Virus record (IMG/VR): IMGVR_UViG_3300034104_003304
Location: 1 to 64,000 of that record
Length of the DNA: 64,000 nucleotides
Reading direction: 5' to 3' (one strand)
Source of the DNA: a virus
This document shows, piece by piece, positions 45,204 through 55,933 of this stretch (the first letter of the stretch is position 1; each line of letters starts with the position of its first letter). Under the pieces are notes generated by a model. That model searched no databases, had not been told where the DNA came from, and saw only the letters and a program-made list of their open reading frames with translations. A program made the translations under genes and the position numbers.

Positions 45204-46517
45204 ATGAGCCACCAAAGTTTTGAGCATCTTTATGGTTTTGTTCGTGATCTTAGGGCCACCAGTAGCACTCTTGATAAAGTAGATATTATTAAAGATTATG
45301 CCGCCCACAATAATGAGGGTGCCTACTTTATTAAAAAGATTTTGCTTTATACTTACCATCCTCTTTGGCAGTATAATGTTACAAGTGATAATCTTAAAAA
45401 GAAAAGTCACTTGCGTGGTAATGTTTACGAGTCCATATTTGATTTGCTTAACGCTCTAAAGAATAGAACTATCACGGGACATGATGCTATCGGTGCCGTT
45501 AATAGTTTTATTGATAATCAAAGAGAATATGAAGAACTCATTCACTGTATTATTGATAAAGATTTGAAAACTAGGGCTGGTGATAAGCTTATTAATAAAG
45601 CTCTTCCAGATTTTATTCCTACGTTTAGCGTTGCGTTGGCAGATAAGTATGTTCCTAAAATTGTAAATTGGAAGGATGGTTGGTATGCTAGTCGTAAAAT
45701 TGATGGGGCTAGGTGTATTGCTATTGTTGATGATAAAGGCAACTCAACTTTCTACTCTAGAACGGGAAAGGTGTTTGACACACTTAACGTCGTGCATGAT
45801 GCTATTCGCTCTATGGGACTTGTTAACGTAGTCCTAGATGGTGAACTGTGCTTAGTCGATGAAGATGGAGTAGAGGACTTTCAAGGAGTAATGAAAGAAC
45901 TTCGTAAGAAAGACCATATCATCCCCAATCCTGTATATAAAATATTTGATATGCTTACCCATGATGAGTTTTATTCCCAAAAGGGTAGTAGCAGTAGGCC
46001 ATTTAGTATTAGAGTTAAAGACTTGGAATACGTAATGGCACAAGATAATAAGAACAAGTGCTTAGTTCAGCTTGAACAGACCGTTATTAAAGATGAATAT
46101 CATTTCCAAGAACTTGTAAAAGAGGCTAGTAATAAGGGCTGGGAAGGTCTAATGTTAAGGGCTGATGAGCCATACAAGGGTAAGCGTAGTAAAGATTTGC
46201 TTAAGTATAAAACGTTTTTTGACGATGAATATACAGTAGAAAATGTTTCATTCGGGCCATTTCGTTATGTTAAAGATGGTCAAGAGTGCGAAGAAATTAT
46301 GCTATCAAATATAACTATAGACCATAAGGGATATAAGGTCGATGTTGGTAGTGGATTTACTATCGAAGAAAGACAAGCATTTTATAAAGATAAGAGTAAA
46401 ATTCTTAACAAAACCGTAACAATTCAATATTTCGAAGAGACAGAGAATCAAGAAGGTGGAATTAGCCTAAGATTTCCCACATTGAAGATGATACATGGTC
46501 AAGAAAGGGATATTTAA
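45204..46517 (+). CDS. lig: ATP-dependent DNA ligase
   Basis: SRKIDGARC (KxDG), LDGEL, EGLMLR, KRSKDLLKYK, VGSGF, SLRFP. Confidence 0.93.
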   Translation: MSHQSFEHLYGFVRDLRATSSTLDKVDIIKDYAAHNNEGAYFIKKILLYTYHPLWQYNVTSDNLKKKSHLRGNVYESIFDLLNALKNRTITGHDAIGAVNSFIDNQREYEELIHCIIDKDLKTRAGDKLINKALPDFIPTFSVALADKYVPKIVNWKDGWYASRKIDGARCIAIVDDKGNSTFYSRTGKVFDTLNVVHDAIRSMGLVNVVLDGELCLVDEDGVEDFQGVMKELRKKDHIIPNPVYKIFDMLTHDEFYSQKGSSSRPFSIRVKDLEYVMAQDNKNKCLVQLEQTVIKDEYHFQELVKEASNKGWEGLMLRADEPYKGKRSKDLLKYKTFFDDEYTVENVSFGPFRYVKDGQECEEIMLSNITIDHKGYKVDVGSGFTIEERQAFYKDKSKILNKTVTIQYFEETENQEGGISLRFPTLKMIHGQERDI

Positions 46518-46583
46518 CAATATAGATAGTGTATAATAATATGTAAATCATTCCCGCCACTCCTTCCTCACCGGAGAATTTAA

Positions 46584-47018
46584 ATGATTAAGATTATTAT
46601 ACGCTCTATCCTATATCCTTGGTTTATTCTATTTGCTGGCGTTTGTTTGGGATTTATTTGTAATTCAGAATACGTTGGACAAAAAGCTGTAGTTATTGAA
46701 AGATCTATCAATAATATCTTTTTTCCCATCGAATATGATGAGAATATAGAACAGTATGTCAAATGGATGGGTAGCAATAGAATACATTCTGAATTGGGTT
46801 ATCCAGCAGATTTTGAAATACTTGAAGAATTAGTTAAGGGTGAAGAATATTATTGGGCTATAGCACAATATACAGATGTAAAAACTGGACAAAAAATTAA
46901 AACTGTTGTTAGTACCAAAGTTAGATGGAAGCCTTGGGAGTATAACTATCATACTAGAAAAATTGAAGAGATAATGGAGAAAAAAAATGAATCAAGAATT
47001 GCAAGACAAACTAATTAA
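46584..47018 (+). CDS. Membrane-anchored hypothetical protein
   Basis: N-terminal hydrophobic helix. Confidence 0.6.
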   Translation: MIKIIIRSILYPWFILFAGVCLGFICNSEYVGQKAVVIERSINNIFFPIEYDENIEQYVKWMGSNRIHSELGYPADFEILEELVKGEEYYWAIAQYTDVKTGQKIKTVVSTKVRWKPWEYNYHTRKIEEIMEKKNESRIARQTN

Positions 47019-47397
47019 GAAATATCCAGAACAGTTTAAAAATATAAAGTGGATAGAGATTGAGGATGGTTGGTATGATCTATTGGATAGACTGTGCCAC
47101 CTAATTAAAAATGAACTGGATCACAAAGCTAGAATAAATGAACCACTAAATGATTTTGGATGGCAGCAGATCAAAGAAAAATTTGGTGGACTAAGAGCTT
47201 ATGCTTTTGGCGGCAATGATCGTATTGATGGGGCTATAAGTATGGCAGAGAGTATTAGTTATAGTATTTGTGAATTCACGGGTGAAAAAGGTAAACCAAG
47301 AAAGAAAAAGAAGGATGAAGTAACTGGAAAGATTATTCCAGCGTGGATTAAAACCCTTTCAGATGAGGAAGCGGAAAGACAAGGATATATACTATGA
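46987..47397 (+). CDS. Conserved phage protein (QIKEKFGGLR family)
   Basis: DGWYDLL...QIKEKFGGLRAY. Confidence 0.7.
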   Translation: MNQELQDKLIKKYPEQFKNIKWIEIEDGWYDLLDRLCHLIKNELDHKARINEPLNDFGWQQIKEKFGGLRAYAFGGNDRIDGAISMAESISYSICEFTGEKGKPRKKKKDEVTGKIIPAWIKTLSDEEAERQGYIL

Positions 47398-47642
47398 GCA
47401 AACCAGAAAGTTATTGGAATCATAGAGTAATGATGACTGTTACTCCTATAGTTCATATGGATGATTCTATAACGTATGGTATTCACGAAGTATATTATCG
47501 TGGAGATAAAGTCATTGGCTGGACAGATACTCCAGTTGAAATAGTAGAAGAATCTTTGAAAGATCTTAAAAAAACATTGAAAAATATGCTTGACGCTTGC
47601 AAATTGCCAGTTCTTGATTCTATAACGGGAGAAGAAATATGA
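47394..47642 (+). CDS. Hypothetical protein
   Basis: WNHRV...IHEVYY. Confidence 0.65.
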   Translation: MSKPESYWNHRVMMTVTPIVHMDDSITYGIHEVYYRGDKVIGWTDTPVEIVEESLKDLKKTLKNMLDACKLPVLDSITGEEI

Positions 47643-47857
47643 AAGCCACATTGACATTTAATTTACCAGAAGAACAAATAGAATTTGATACTGCCATCCA
47701 AGCTAGCGCAGCAAAGAGTATGCTATGGGATTTTGCACAGCAGCTTCGTTCTTGGCAAAAACATCACAATGATTTTACAAGTAGCAATGATGCTTTGGAT
47801 AAAATAAGAGAAGAATTCTATAAACTGCTCAACGAACACAATGTCAACATTGACTAA
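47639..47857 (+). CDS. Hypothetical protein
   Basis: MKATLTFNLPEE; coupled. Confidence 0.65.
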   Translation: MKATLTFNLPEEQIEFDTAIQASAAKSMLWDFAQQLRSWQKHHNDFTSSNDALDKIREEFYKLLNEHNVNID

Positions 47858-47905
47858 AGAAAACGCTTGACACTTGACGATTGATAGAGTATAATTAGGA
47901 TGTAC

Positions 47906-48175
47906 GGGGGCTTAGACCAACGGCAGAGTCAAAGGACTTATACAATTTGAGTGCTTAAGGAGAAATCTTTAAAGTAGAACCTGTCAAATTCGGTGAAGGC
48001 TTAACTGCTAATACCGAGCCAAGCCTAGAAATAGGAAGGTGTAGAGACTTTACGGCAGGAACCTAAAGTTAATAACTATGGTTAAGATAAAGTCCAGACC
48101 ACAAACAGAAATGGTAGTGAAAACTATAGTGGTAAGAAAATCCTTAAAGTATCGGTTCGAATCCGATAGCCCCTA
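47906..48175 (+). tRNA. Intron-containing tRNA, spliced anticodon TAA (Leu), short variable loop; exons 47906-47939 and 48137-48175
   Basis: Spliced aagga-CTT^AAAA-tcctt; atcgg-TTCGAAT-ccgat; gggggct/agcccct. Confidence 0.8.
47940..48136 (+). ncRNA. Group I self-splicing intron (197 nt, tRNA-Leu(UAA)/IC3-like)
   Basis: P aaattcggtgaa, Q aataccgagcc, R gtgtagagact, S gataaagtcc; P1 actt/gagt with U.G at the 5' splice site; terminal G. Confidence 0.88.
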
Positions 48176-48460
48176 CTTATTTTTTCCGCGATAGTTATCA
48201 GTTAGTGCATGACAATTAGGACATAATAAAGTTAGATTTGAAAGTTCATTATTAAAATGATCACCGTCTATGTGATGTAATTCTAAAGGAATATCTTTTT
48301 CTAACCAAGTTGTTTGTTTACAGTTATAGCATTTACGTTCAAAAACATTTTCTGAAATCAAACGTTTTGGTTCACTATTAATAGAAAGAAACTTGAAGAG
48401 ATGGTTAATTTTATTGACCAATACTTGATGGATAACTAATGCAAAAAGATCACAATACAA
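48173..48460 (-). pseudogene. HNH homing-endonuclease C-terminal fragment (possibly truncated)
   Basis: CYNC...LELHHIDGDHFNNELSNLTLLCPNCH; no convincing start or RBS. Confidence 0.6.
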
Positions 48461-48647
48461 TAATACCCTTAGTTGGCGGTCCTTTGTGTGGGGAAAGCCT
48501 TACAATGAAAGATGGTAGAATATCAAATAGCGTTCCTGTCTTTAACAAAGGAAAATTTTACATCTACAATCTTTTTGTAGAACAAACTGAAGATTGGACT
48601 ACTATGTATTATGAATATTCTAATGAAGTAGTGGAGATTAATAACAC

Positions 48648-48941
48648 ATGAAAACATATAAAAATAAGACTGTTAAAGCTCATGATAAAACTTTTTGTGA
48701 TTGCTGCGGCAAGCAGTGTACGGACGATTACTACAACGAACATGAAAATGCTACACTAGAAGCTGTTTGGGGCTATAATAGTGGGAGCGATGGTAAGAAA
48801 TTTGAGATTGAACTGTGCGAAGATTGTTTCTATCAAACAGTTCAATTCTTGAAAGAGAAAAGATTCTCTCATTTTGAAGCAGAGTTTAATGAGGAATGGG
48901 GGCTTGGACAAAATGACCCATTCGATGGAGTATTGTACTAA
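48648..48941 (+). CDS. Zn-finger hypothetical protein
   Basis: CDCCG...WGYNS..DG...LCEDC. Confidence 0.65.
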   Translation: MKTYKNKTVKAHDKTFCDCCGKQCTDDYYNEHENATLEAVWGYNSGSDGKKFEIELCEDCFYQTVQFLKEKRFSHFEAEFNEEWGLGQNDPFDGVLY

Positions 48942-49342
48942 TGAATATCAAACACGATTCAATAACCAAAACTAAAAATGTTGAAAAACTATTCTCTGAA
49001 AAAGATGGAGTAAACATAAGATATGTTTGTACCACAGAATTTAATAGTATGATAGCCGATATTTTCTACAGAGAAACCGCCCACCCAAAATTTGGTAATA
49101 AGTATTTTGCTATATATTTTCGTAGCGATGATCCATATATTGCTAATGCTGACAGTGTTGAGAAGCTAAAATTTGGAATGGTAGAAAATGATGCTGGCGA
49201 GCTAGAATATAGCACAAGCCGACACGACTATAAAACATTTGAAAATGGCAACATGATTGATGGTGGAAGAGATTATATTCGATCATCTGGCAGTGTTAAA
49301 GTTTTTGCGGTTCGTAATGGGATTATGAAACACGATGAATAA
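48941..49342 (+). CDS. Conserved phage protein
   Basis: HPKFGNKYF...SRHDY...IDGGRDY. Confidence 0.65.
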   Translation: MNIKHDSITKTKNVEKLFSEKDGVNIRYVCTTEFNSMIADIFYRETAHPKFGNKYFAIYFRSDDPYIANADSVEKLKFGMVENDAGELEYSTSRHDYKTFENGNMIDGGRDYIRSSGSVKVFAVRNGIMKHDE

Positions 49343-49686
49343 TCTAATACAAAAATGGCTAATATGGAATAAACAAAAACAAAAGTTTATTACCAGTGGC
49401 CCGTTTCAATATACCACCGATCCTAATTTAGCACGATTATATCATAACTATTCCGATGCTCTCATGGCTTGTCAGAATGTTTATGATAAAAATTATGATA
49501 TACAACATTATCCTATTGAACTAAGAATGCACTTCAATGTAGATACTCTTATAGGGCAAGAATCATGAGCGAAGAACTGCCAGATAGTAAAATTCCTTGG
49601 TTTGACAATGAGTACGAAGGAGTGTATAGTGATGATCCAGAACATGGATACCCATATGATATGGGAACAAAAGTACAGGAATAACT

Positions 49687-50374
49687 ATGCTTAAAAACAA
49701 GAACCCGATGTTTGATATGGACAATTATATCAATCAGTTACAAAAGACTATTGATCAACAGAAATATATCATAGACTCTCTTAAGACTGAGATTAAAACT
49801 CAAAGAAAAGAAATAGCAGCACTACGTGAAGAGCGTAGACATTTTCTTAAAGATGATCAACCACCAAATTTTGACTATAACCCATTAATTGAGTAAATTA
49901 TTATGAATGAAAATGCTACACCATTGGATGCTATAATTGATTTTGCTTTGAAGTCTGGCGCTAGTTTATTTATTACAAACAACGCCAAAGATGAACTAAA
50001 GAAACTGCGTGAAGAGGTCGATAATCTTCGTAGTCAGCTTGACAAACCAGTAGCATGGGCTAGAATGAATAAACGAGGAGACTTGTATGATCTTAGACTC
50101 TGTTTAAACCCATACATCAACCCTCAAGAAATCGTACCACTTTACGCAAACAGAAAAGGATATAACAATGAAACTTGAAGTTTATAGCATTGGCAGCAAG
50201 GTTAAGCTGGCAGAAGACGTTTATGGAACTATAAATAGTATTGCTATTCATGGTGATAATAGCGTAACATATGAATGCGGATGGTGGAATGGTCGCTCAT
50301 ACGATACTAGGTGGTTTTATAATGATCAAATTGAAGTAACAATTGCTGAAAAGACAAAAATAGGTTTTGCTTGA
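49687..50374 (+). other. Run of three small hypothetical CDSs (49687-49896, 49903-50178, 50168-50374)
   Basis: Tightly packed co-oriented ORFs. Confidence 0.6.
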
Positions 50375-50378
50375 AAGC

Positions 50379-50450
50379 GGCCCCATAGTTAAATGGATAT
50401 AACGAGTGATTTCTAATCTCTAATTGCAGGTTCGATTCCTGCTGGGGCTA
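50379..50450 (+). tRNA. tRNA-Arg(TCT)
   Basis: agtga-TTTCTAA-tctct; gcagg-TTCGATT-cctgc. Confidence 0.85.
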
Positions 50451-50459
50451 TTAATAAAT

Positions 50460-50759
50460 ATGTTTGAACCAGAATGGATGGAATACTTTAAAACAGAAGC
50501 ACCTTTCTCATACTACTGCATTTTATTTTTACAGTTTTTGATAACGGTATTGTCTTATTTTTCATACGTTGTATTATTAGCTGTTATTGCTGTTCCGATA
50601 TTTATGCTTTATTCTGGCACCAAAGCAATTAAAATTAAACTAGTAGAAGACAAGCATCATAAAAAATTACGCAAAGAAAAAGAAAAGCATCAAGAGATTC
50701 ACCAAAAATTATATTTTGACCACTTGGATAAAAATATAAACAAGAAGAAAAAACACTAA
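50460..50759 (+). CDS. Membrane protein
   Basis: Long hydrophobic stretch then basic tail. Confidence 0.6.
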   Translation: MFEPEWMEYFKTEAPFSYYCILFLQFLITVLSYFSYVVLLAVIAVPIFMLYSGTKAIKIKLVEDKHHKKLRKEKEKHQEIHQKLYFDHLDKNINKKKKH

Positions 50760-51040
50760 TGAAGATACAAACAATAGCAACATATGAGTATGATCTTGTG
50801 CGTACTTGTTTTGCTTGCCCAGAACAATACGAAGTATATGATAAAAATAATAAACGAGTTGGGTATCTCAGACTCAGGCATGGAGAATTCACAGCGGAGT
50901 ATCCATACTGTGGCGGGAAAACAGTTTATGAGTCATATCCAGATGGAGATGGAGTTTTTAAAGAATACGAAAGAATGTTTGAACTAACAAAAGCTATAGA
51001 AGCAATTCATGCACAGCTAGTTATAGATAATAAAATATGA
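50759..51040 (+). CDS. Conserved phage protein
   Basis: TCFACPEQY...GYLRLRHG. Confidence 0.65.
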   Translation: MKIQTIATYEYDLVRTCFACPEQYEVYDKNNKRVGYLRLRHGEFTAEYPYCGGKTVYESYPDGDGVFKEYERMFELTKAIEAIHAQLVIDNKI

Positions 51041-51185
51041 TAGCACAAGTTTCTATAGTTCGTCGCCCAATATGTCCAACGTTTATTCATGACGATACTT
51101 CAAGAATATTAATATCTATTATTGGAATAATTATTTGTTTGATTATATTTGTAAAATTGTTTCGATCTATAAGTAAGGAGTAAAT

Positions 51186-51443
51186 ATGCACCACATCAGC
51201 ACGGTAGACGATCTTAGGCATTTGGGATATAAGGTACGTGTTATGCACTTCCGCGAACGTGATCAGTACGGTCACTATAAAACAAAGGGTGGAAAGACTA
51301 TTGTTACAATTACCGATAATGATGGTCATACATCTCAAGGTACTGCTAGATGCTCCAATAGCGATGGTTTTAATAAAAAACTTGGTGTTAAAATTGCTAT
51401 TGGTAGAGCTTTGTTTAGTGAAGAATCTTTTGTAAATAAGTAA
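51186..51443 (+). CDS. Small phage protein (T7 gp1.2-like motif)
   Basis: GTARCSNSDGFNKKLGVKIAIGRA. Confidence 0.55.
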   Translation: MHHISTVDDLRHLGYKVRVMHFRERDQYGHYKTKGGKTIVTITDNDGHTSQGTARCSNSDGFNKKLGVKIAIGRALFSEESFVNK

Positions 51444-51573
51444 GTACGATGGTATAATATGTTGGCGGGCGTGAAGCAAGCCATGTTGCAAGTCACTGAA
51501 GACATTCGCCAGTATCTTTAAACTATGGGCGAAAGTAGTCATAGACAAATTATTTGTCCTATGGAGGTGATTT

Positions 51574-52316
51574 ATGAGTTGTTTTTTCGTTGATCGTATC
51601 GATGATTCTAATCGTCAAGAGATACAAGATAAGTACATACAGGCTATCATAGCTCATATGGACTTTATGGAGATTAGAGATGCTCTACGTGAGTATCTAT
51701 TCAAAGAAAAGAATAGGTATACACACAAGCATTTATATAGAGAGATTAAGAGACAGAATCCAGAAATTCTACGTGAAATCTTTCAAGATGATTATGTAGA
51801 CACTCTTACAAATTAAAGGTGCTACCATGAAAAATCTAAAAGTCACAATTGAAAATAAAGCATATTTAACACGAAGATATGTGGACTATATAGTTTCACA
51901 TATGGACGAAATAGATATGCTTGAAAGTATCAAGGATTATATTTACAGAGAAAAATATAACTACCCAAATGCAACACTAGAAGTTGAAATTGGTAGACAT
52001 TGCCCAGAACTTCTACAAGACCATACCACAGAGGAATTAGTGGGTAAAGGAGGCGAGTATGCCAAAGCCATTTAAAAGAATTATATCATTCGAAGTAGAG
52101 GGTGAACTTTATGATGATAAAATTCAACCAGAGGAAATCATTAAAAGTTATAGTTGGAGATTTAAAGGTTATCATGATCAACACGGTGAAGATAAATGTT
52201 TTTTAGAAGCATCTCACTCTCATCCCCGTGGACAAATAACTAAAATAAATTTTAAATCAATTACCAAAAAACCACCGGTGTTACAGGCTGAATTATTTGA
52301 AGAATCCATTCAATGA
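51574..52316 (+). other. Three small hypothetical CDSs (51574-51816, 51827-52075, 52059-52316); the first two look paralogous
   Basis: YIQAIIAHMD...EYLFKEK vs YVDYIVSHMD...DYIYREK. Confidence 0.6.
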
Positions 52317-52622
52317 GGTGATTTATGACTACTATTCCTTTCATACAGTATTGGGTTGTTGGAGGTCTTGTTAGTGTATTAGCTTTGGTAAGTCTGTATT
52401 ATCTATTCTTTCATTGCAGAAAGGATCTGAAAACATGACCAAAGTTATATTATTAATTTTTGCTTTATTTATCTCTGCATGTAAGCCGGTTTGTACTTGT
52501 GGTAATGTAAATTGTGGTCCAGATTGTAGAAATAAATGCGAAGGAAATAGATGTTATCCCGGCATACCATGTTGCGATAAATGTATTTGCGGTACGCTAG
52601 AGAGTTTAAAGAAGTAAATACG

Positions 52623-52657
52623 AGGCAGGGTTGGTGTAAAAGCCAGCCCTGCTTTTG
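52623..52657 (+). terminator. Rho-independent terminator
   Basis: gcagggttgg...ccagccctgc followed by T-tract. Confidence 0.7.
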
Positions 52658-52741
52658 TATTTCCTGAGTCTATTTAATATCAATAGATTTAGGTGTATAT
52701 ACTAAGGATAGTTATACATATTAGCCAATGGAGGGTTTTCT

Positions 52742-53083
52742 ATGAAAAACTCTAGCTTTATCTCTGTGTTCTTAATATCCTTTCTTATCTCAATATCAAC
52801 TGTTCTCGCTTATGAAAACCAACAGAAAACTCTTTTAATTTTTTCAGCAGATTGGTGCCATTACTGTCAAGTAGCTAAGAATGACATTAATAAAAACAAT
52901 AAACTTTCTGAAGTCATTAAAAATTATGATATCATCGAACTAGATCACGGTGTTGACAAAGATGCCTTCACGGGCTATAATATCAAAGTGCTGCCAACCT
53001 TTGTAATCATGCAAAATGGCAGAGAGATTGGTCGTAGCACAGGCTACAACGGTTATAAATCATTGTATAATTTTTTGAAATAG
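52742..53083 (+). CDS. Exported thioredoxin-like protein
   Basis: Signal peptide, FSADWCHYC, LPTF. Confidence 0.8.
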   Translation: MKNSSFISVFLISFLISISTVLAYENQQKTLLIFSADWCHYCQVAKNDINKNNKLSEVIKNYDIIELDHGVDKDAFTGYNIKVLPTFVIMQNGREIGRSTGYNGYKSLYNFLK

Positions 53084-53088
53084 AAAAC

Positions 53089-53439
53089 GGGCCAGTACAG
53101 GTATCGACAGGTAAAATAGATATAAACTGCATTAACTGGTTGATCGGTTGGCCAGTATAAAAGCCGATTAAAAATGTTAATTGGCGAAGTAACTCTCGCT
53201 CTCGCTGCCTAATTAGATTAGGTACTGAGTGGGGCGACATGAGCCTTATTACCAAATCATGTTGACTCCGATAATCGGATATGGTAGCCTTACCAGACAT
53301 AAATAGGGATGATGATTGTACTCAATCTGACTCAGATAATTCTGATAGCTTTGTCAGTAGTGTGATAACAACTGAATAATAATGTAGACGTTTATGTTGA
53401 TGTTTACTCTGGACAGGGGTTCGATTCCCCTCTGGTCCA
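53089..53439 (+). ncRNA. ssrA: tmRNA
   Basis: 5' GGGCCAG...TCGAC, 3' GGTTCGATTCCC...CTGGTCCA with G3.U70; tag frame 53183-53212 GEVTLALAA*. Confidence 0.9.
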
Positions 53440-53544
53440 CTGATAAGAAAAATTAAAGGTTGCAAAACGGTTTTGACGATACTACAATGTGGTTAGTTGA
53501 TCCGTATGGAAGCGTGATAGTTTTTATTAACTAAGGAGAAGTTT

Positions 53545-53760
53545 ATGAAGAGTTTGATTGCTTGTTTTGCGATTATTGTTTGCGGTAGCGTTGCTAGTGC
53601 TGGCGAGTGCGTAAATGGTCAGTGTAGCCTACGCAGCCGAACAGTTTCAGTCGCCCGCGAAATTATTAACGTGCCTGTACAGGTCACTAGGCGAACTGTA
53701 GAAGCAACACGCAATGTGGGCCGACGCACGGTAGCACGGGTTCGCAGCGTTGTTCGCTAA
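53545..53760 (+). CDS. Small secreted Arg-rich protein (planctomycete-style)
   Basis: Signal peptide, CVNGQC, Arg-rich tail. Confidence 0.65.
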   Translation: MKSLIACFAIIVCGSVASAGECVNGQCSLRSRTVSVAREIINVPVQVTRRTVEATRNVGRRTVARVRSVVR

Positions 53761-53857
53761 TCAATAATGGAAAAGAGAAAACTCCCGATGCCTCTTAACA
53801 ATGCACACTTTCGGGAGTCTTTTCCTAACTATCAAGATTTACATCAAGGAGGATGCA

Positions 53858-54184
53858 ATGAAAACTTTTATGGTATTTATGGTAATAATGGCTATGTCAA
53901 CGATCACGGCTTATGCAGAAGGTAATGTTAGATATTATTCTAGCAAACCTAAAACATATAGTTATACTAGCAATTCATCAGCACAGGGTGTTGCTGAAAT
54001 ACAAGCTAATCGTTGCAGCATGGGTCATTGTGGTGGCAATAGTGGTTATGAGGGGGTAGGATTTAGTAGCAACAGTGCGGATGCCGCAGTCAGAAATTGT
54101 TGTTATTGGGGTCAAAAAACACCAATCGAAATTGGAGTTGCCCGTGGTCGTAATGGATGGTATGCTTGTGTAAGGTATAAATAA
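53858..54184 (+). CDS. Secreted CAP/SCP-like small protein
   Basis: Signal peptide; MGH.GG...EGVG...CCYWG...IGVARG..GWYAC. Confidence 0.6.
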   Translation: MKTFMVFMVIMAMSTITAYAEGNVRYYSSKPKTYSYTSNSSAQGVAEIQANRCSMGHCGGNSGYEGVGFSSNSADAAVRNCCYWGQKTPIEIGVARGRNGWYACVRYK

Positions 54185-54243
54185 TAAAACCCCCAGCATA
54201 TATGCCGAGGGTTCCATTATAAATATCAAAAATTTAACTAAAA

Positions 54244-54594
54244 TCAGTCAGGATTATATTCGGGTTCGTCTGAAACGTCTAAAATTTGAGTATTAGCTAT
54301 AAAGCTAACATTAAATGTTTTTCTTGTTGTATTATCTGGATTAGTATTAATTGTTGAGGATATTGTGAAATTTTTAGCTTTTGTCTGAGTATTTACACCG
54401 CTAGCATAAACTGGCAATGCTGCATAATCATCATCAATAACGCTTAACATAGAAAAAAGAATTTCTTTAATATCTGTTAAATTTGCGGGATTGCCTGAAC
54501 ATGTTGGTAAACTGCTAACTGGAAATACGGCAAAACCACCCTCATCTGTGACGTAACCGGTAAAAAGATTTGTTGGATCAGAATAATAAGCCAT
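54244..54594 (-). CDS. Hypothetical protein (isolated minus-strand gene with late-type motif)
   Basis: GGAG RBS; GTGTATA upstream. Confidence 0.6.
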   Translation of the reverse strand: MAYYSDPTNLFTGYVTDEGGFAVFPVSSLPTCSGNPANLTDIKEILFSMLSVIDDDYAALPVYASGVNTQTKAKNFTISSTINTNPDNTTRKTFNVSFIANTQILDVSDEPEYNPD

Positions 54595-54666
54595 GATTTG
54601 TACTCCATCATTATTTTGTAAATATTTACATACCATCACACAAATATACACCAAAATAGGATAATT

Positions 54667-55194
54667 ATGACAAATACCGATTATAATCTGCTTGGGCTAG
54701 GAATATATAATAATTTTATTTCTGATGACGAACATGATCTATTGCTAAAAGAAATAGAGAACGAATTAATTGATTTTACTTCTACTGGATATATGAATAG
54801 GAATAAAGTTAAAAGATATGGCGATATTAAAATGTGTGAGAATAATCATGTAAAATTAGATTTTCCACCTATTATAGATCAGATATCTAATAAGCTTGTT
54901 GACAGCAATATATTAAAATATAAACCAGATACTATTAATATCAATGAATACCTAAAAGGGGATTTCATAGCTCCACATATAGATAGAGTTGCAAGCGGCC
55001 CAATAGTTACCATCTTAAGTTTAAGATCACCATGTAAAATGATTTTTACGAATGGTAGAAAAACTTTTGATTTAATTTTAATGCCAAAAATGTTAATACA
55101 AATGAAAAATTCTATAAGATGGCACTGGCATCATTCAATATCTCCAGTTGAAGATACTAGATATTCTATTGTATTTAGGAATAAGCATGAATAA
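54667..55194 (+). CDS. AlkB-like 2OG-Fe(II) oxygenase
   Basis: INEY...IAPHID...WHHSI...RYSIVFR. Confidence 0.8.
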   Translation: MTNTDYNLLGLGIYNNFISDDEHDLLLKEIENELIDFTSTGYMNRNKVKRYGDIKMCENNHVKLDFPPIIDQISNKLVDSNILKYKPDTININEYLKGDFIAPHIDRVASGPIVTILSLRSPCKMIFTNGRKTFDLILMPKMLIQMKNSIRWHWHHSISPVEDTRYSIVFRNKHE

Positions 55195-55933
55195 TCATAT
55201 ACCATTACCGGGAATATCATGCTATTGTTCAACGTATGGTCGTCCAAAGCGATTATTAGAAAATAGCATTCAATGTTTTCTTGAGCAAGACTACAAAGGA
55301 CCAAAAGAATTGGTTATATTGAATGATTTTGATCAACAGGAACTCATATTTGATCATCCAGAAGTCACAATCATTAATAACCCCCAAAGAATAACACCGC
55401 TCGGCAAAAAATTTAATCACAATATTAATCTTTGTAAGTATGACATACTTGCCACTTGGGAAGATGATGATGTATTTCTAAGGAATAGACTATCATATAG
55501 TTATGATCATTTAAATAATGGCTTATTCCATACTCATAATGCTTTTTATGAAGTAGAAGAAAAAAATATTATCACCGCTCAGAATGTATTTCATAGTACG
55601 CACATGTTTACTAGAAAGGTTTTTGAAACTACTAAATATGATGAATCTGAAGATTCATGCGCTTTAGATATATCTTTAATATCAAAATTGCGTCAAGAAT
55701 ACGGTAATTATACTCAAGACGTTGACATCGAAAATATATTCTATATTTATGTTTGGGCCGGTAGTCAAAGCTATCATGGAAGTGGTCATGGTCCAGCGAA
55801 CAAAGAAATATCAGCAATGGCAGAGAACATAGTTAAAAATCAGATATTGCAAAACAATGTTCAAACTGGTACAATATGTTTGGAACCAAAGCTTAGGTAT
55901 AACTTTTATGATTACTTACCGATAGGGGGGTAA
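55187..55933 (+). CDS. GT2-like glycosyltransferase
   Basis: SCYCSTYGRP...QDY.GPKELVILND...WEDDD. Confidence 0.75.
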   Translation: MNNHIPLPGISCYCSTYGRPKRLLENSIQCFLEQDYKGPKELVILNDFDQQELIFDHPEVTIINNPQRITPLGKKFNHNINLCKYDILATWEDDDVFLRNRLSYSYDHLNNGLFHTHNAFYEVEEKNIITAQNVFHSTHMFTRKVFETTKYDESEDSCALDISLISKLRQEYGNYTQDVDIENIFYIYVWAGSQSYHGSGHGPANKEISAMAENIVKNQILQNNVQTGTICLEPKLRYNFYDYLPIGG

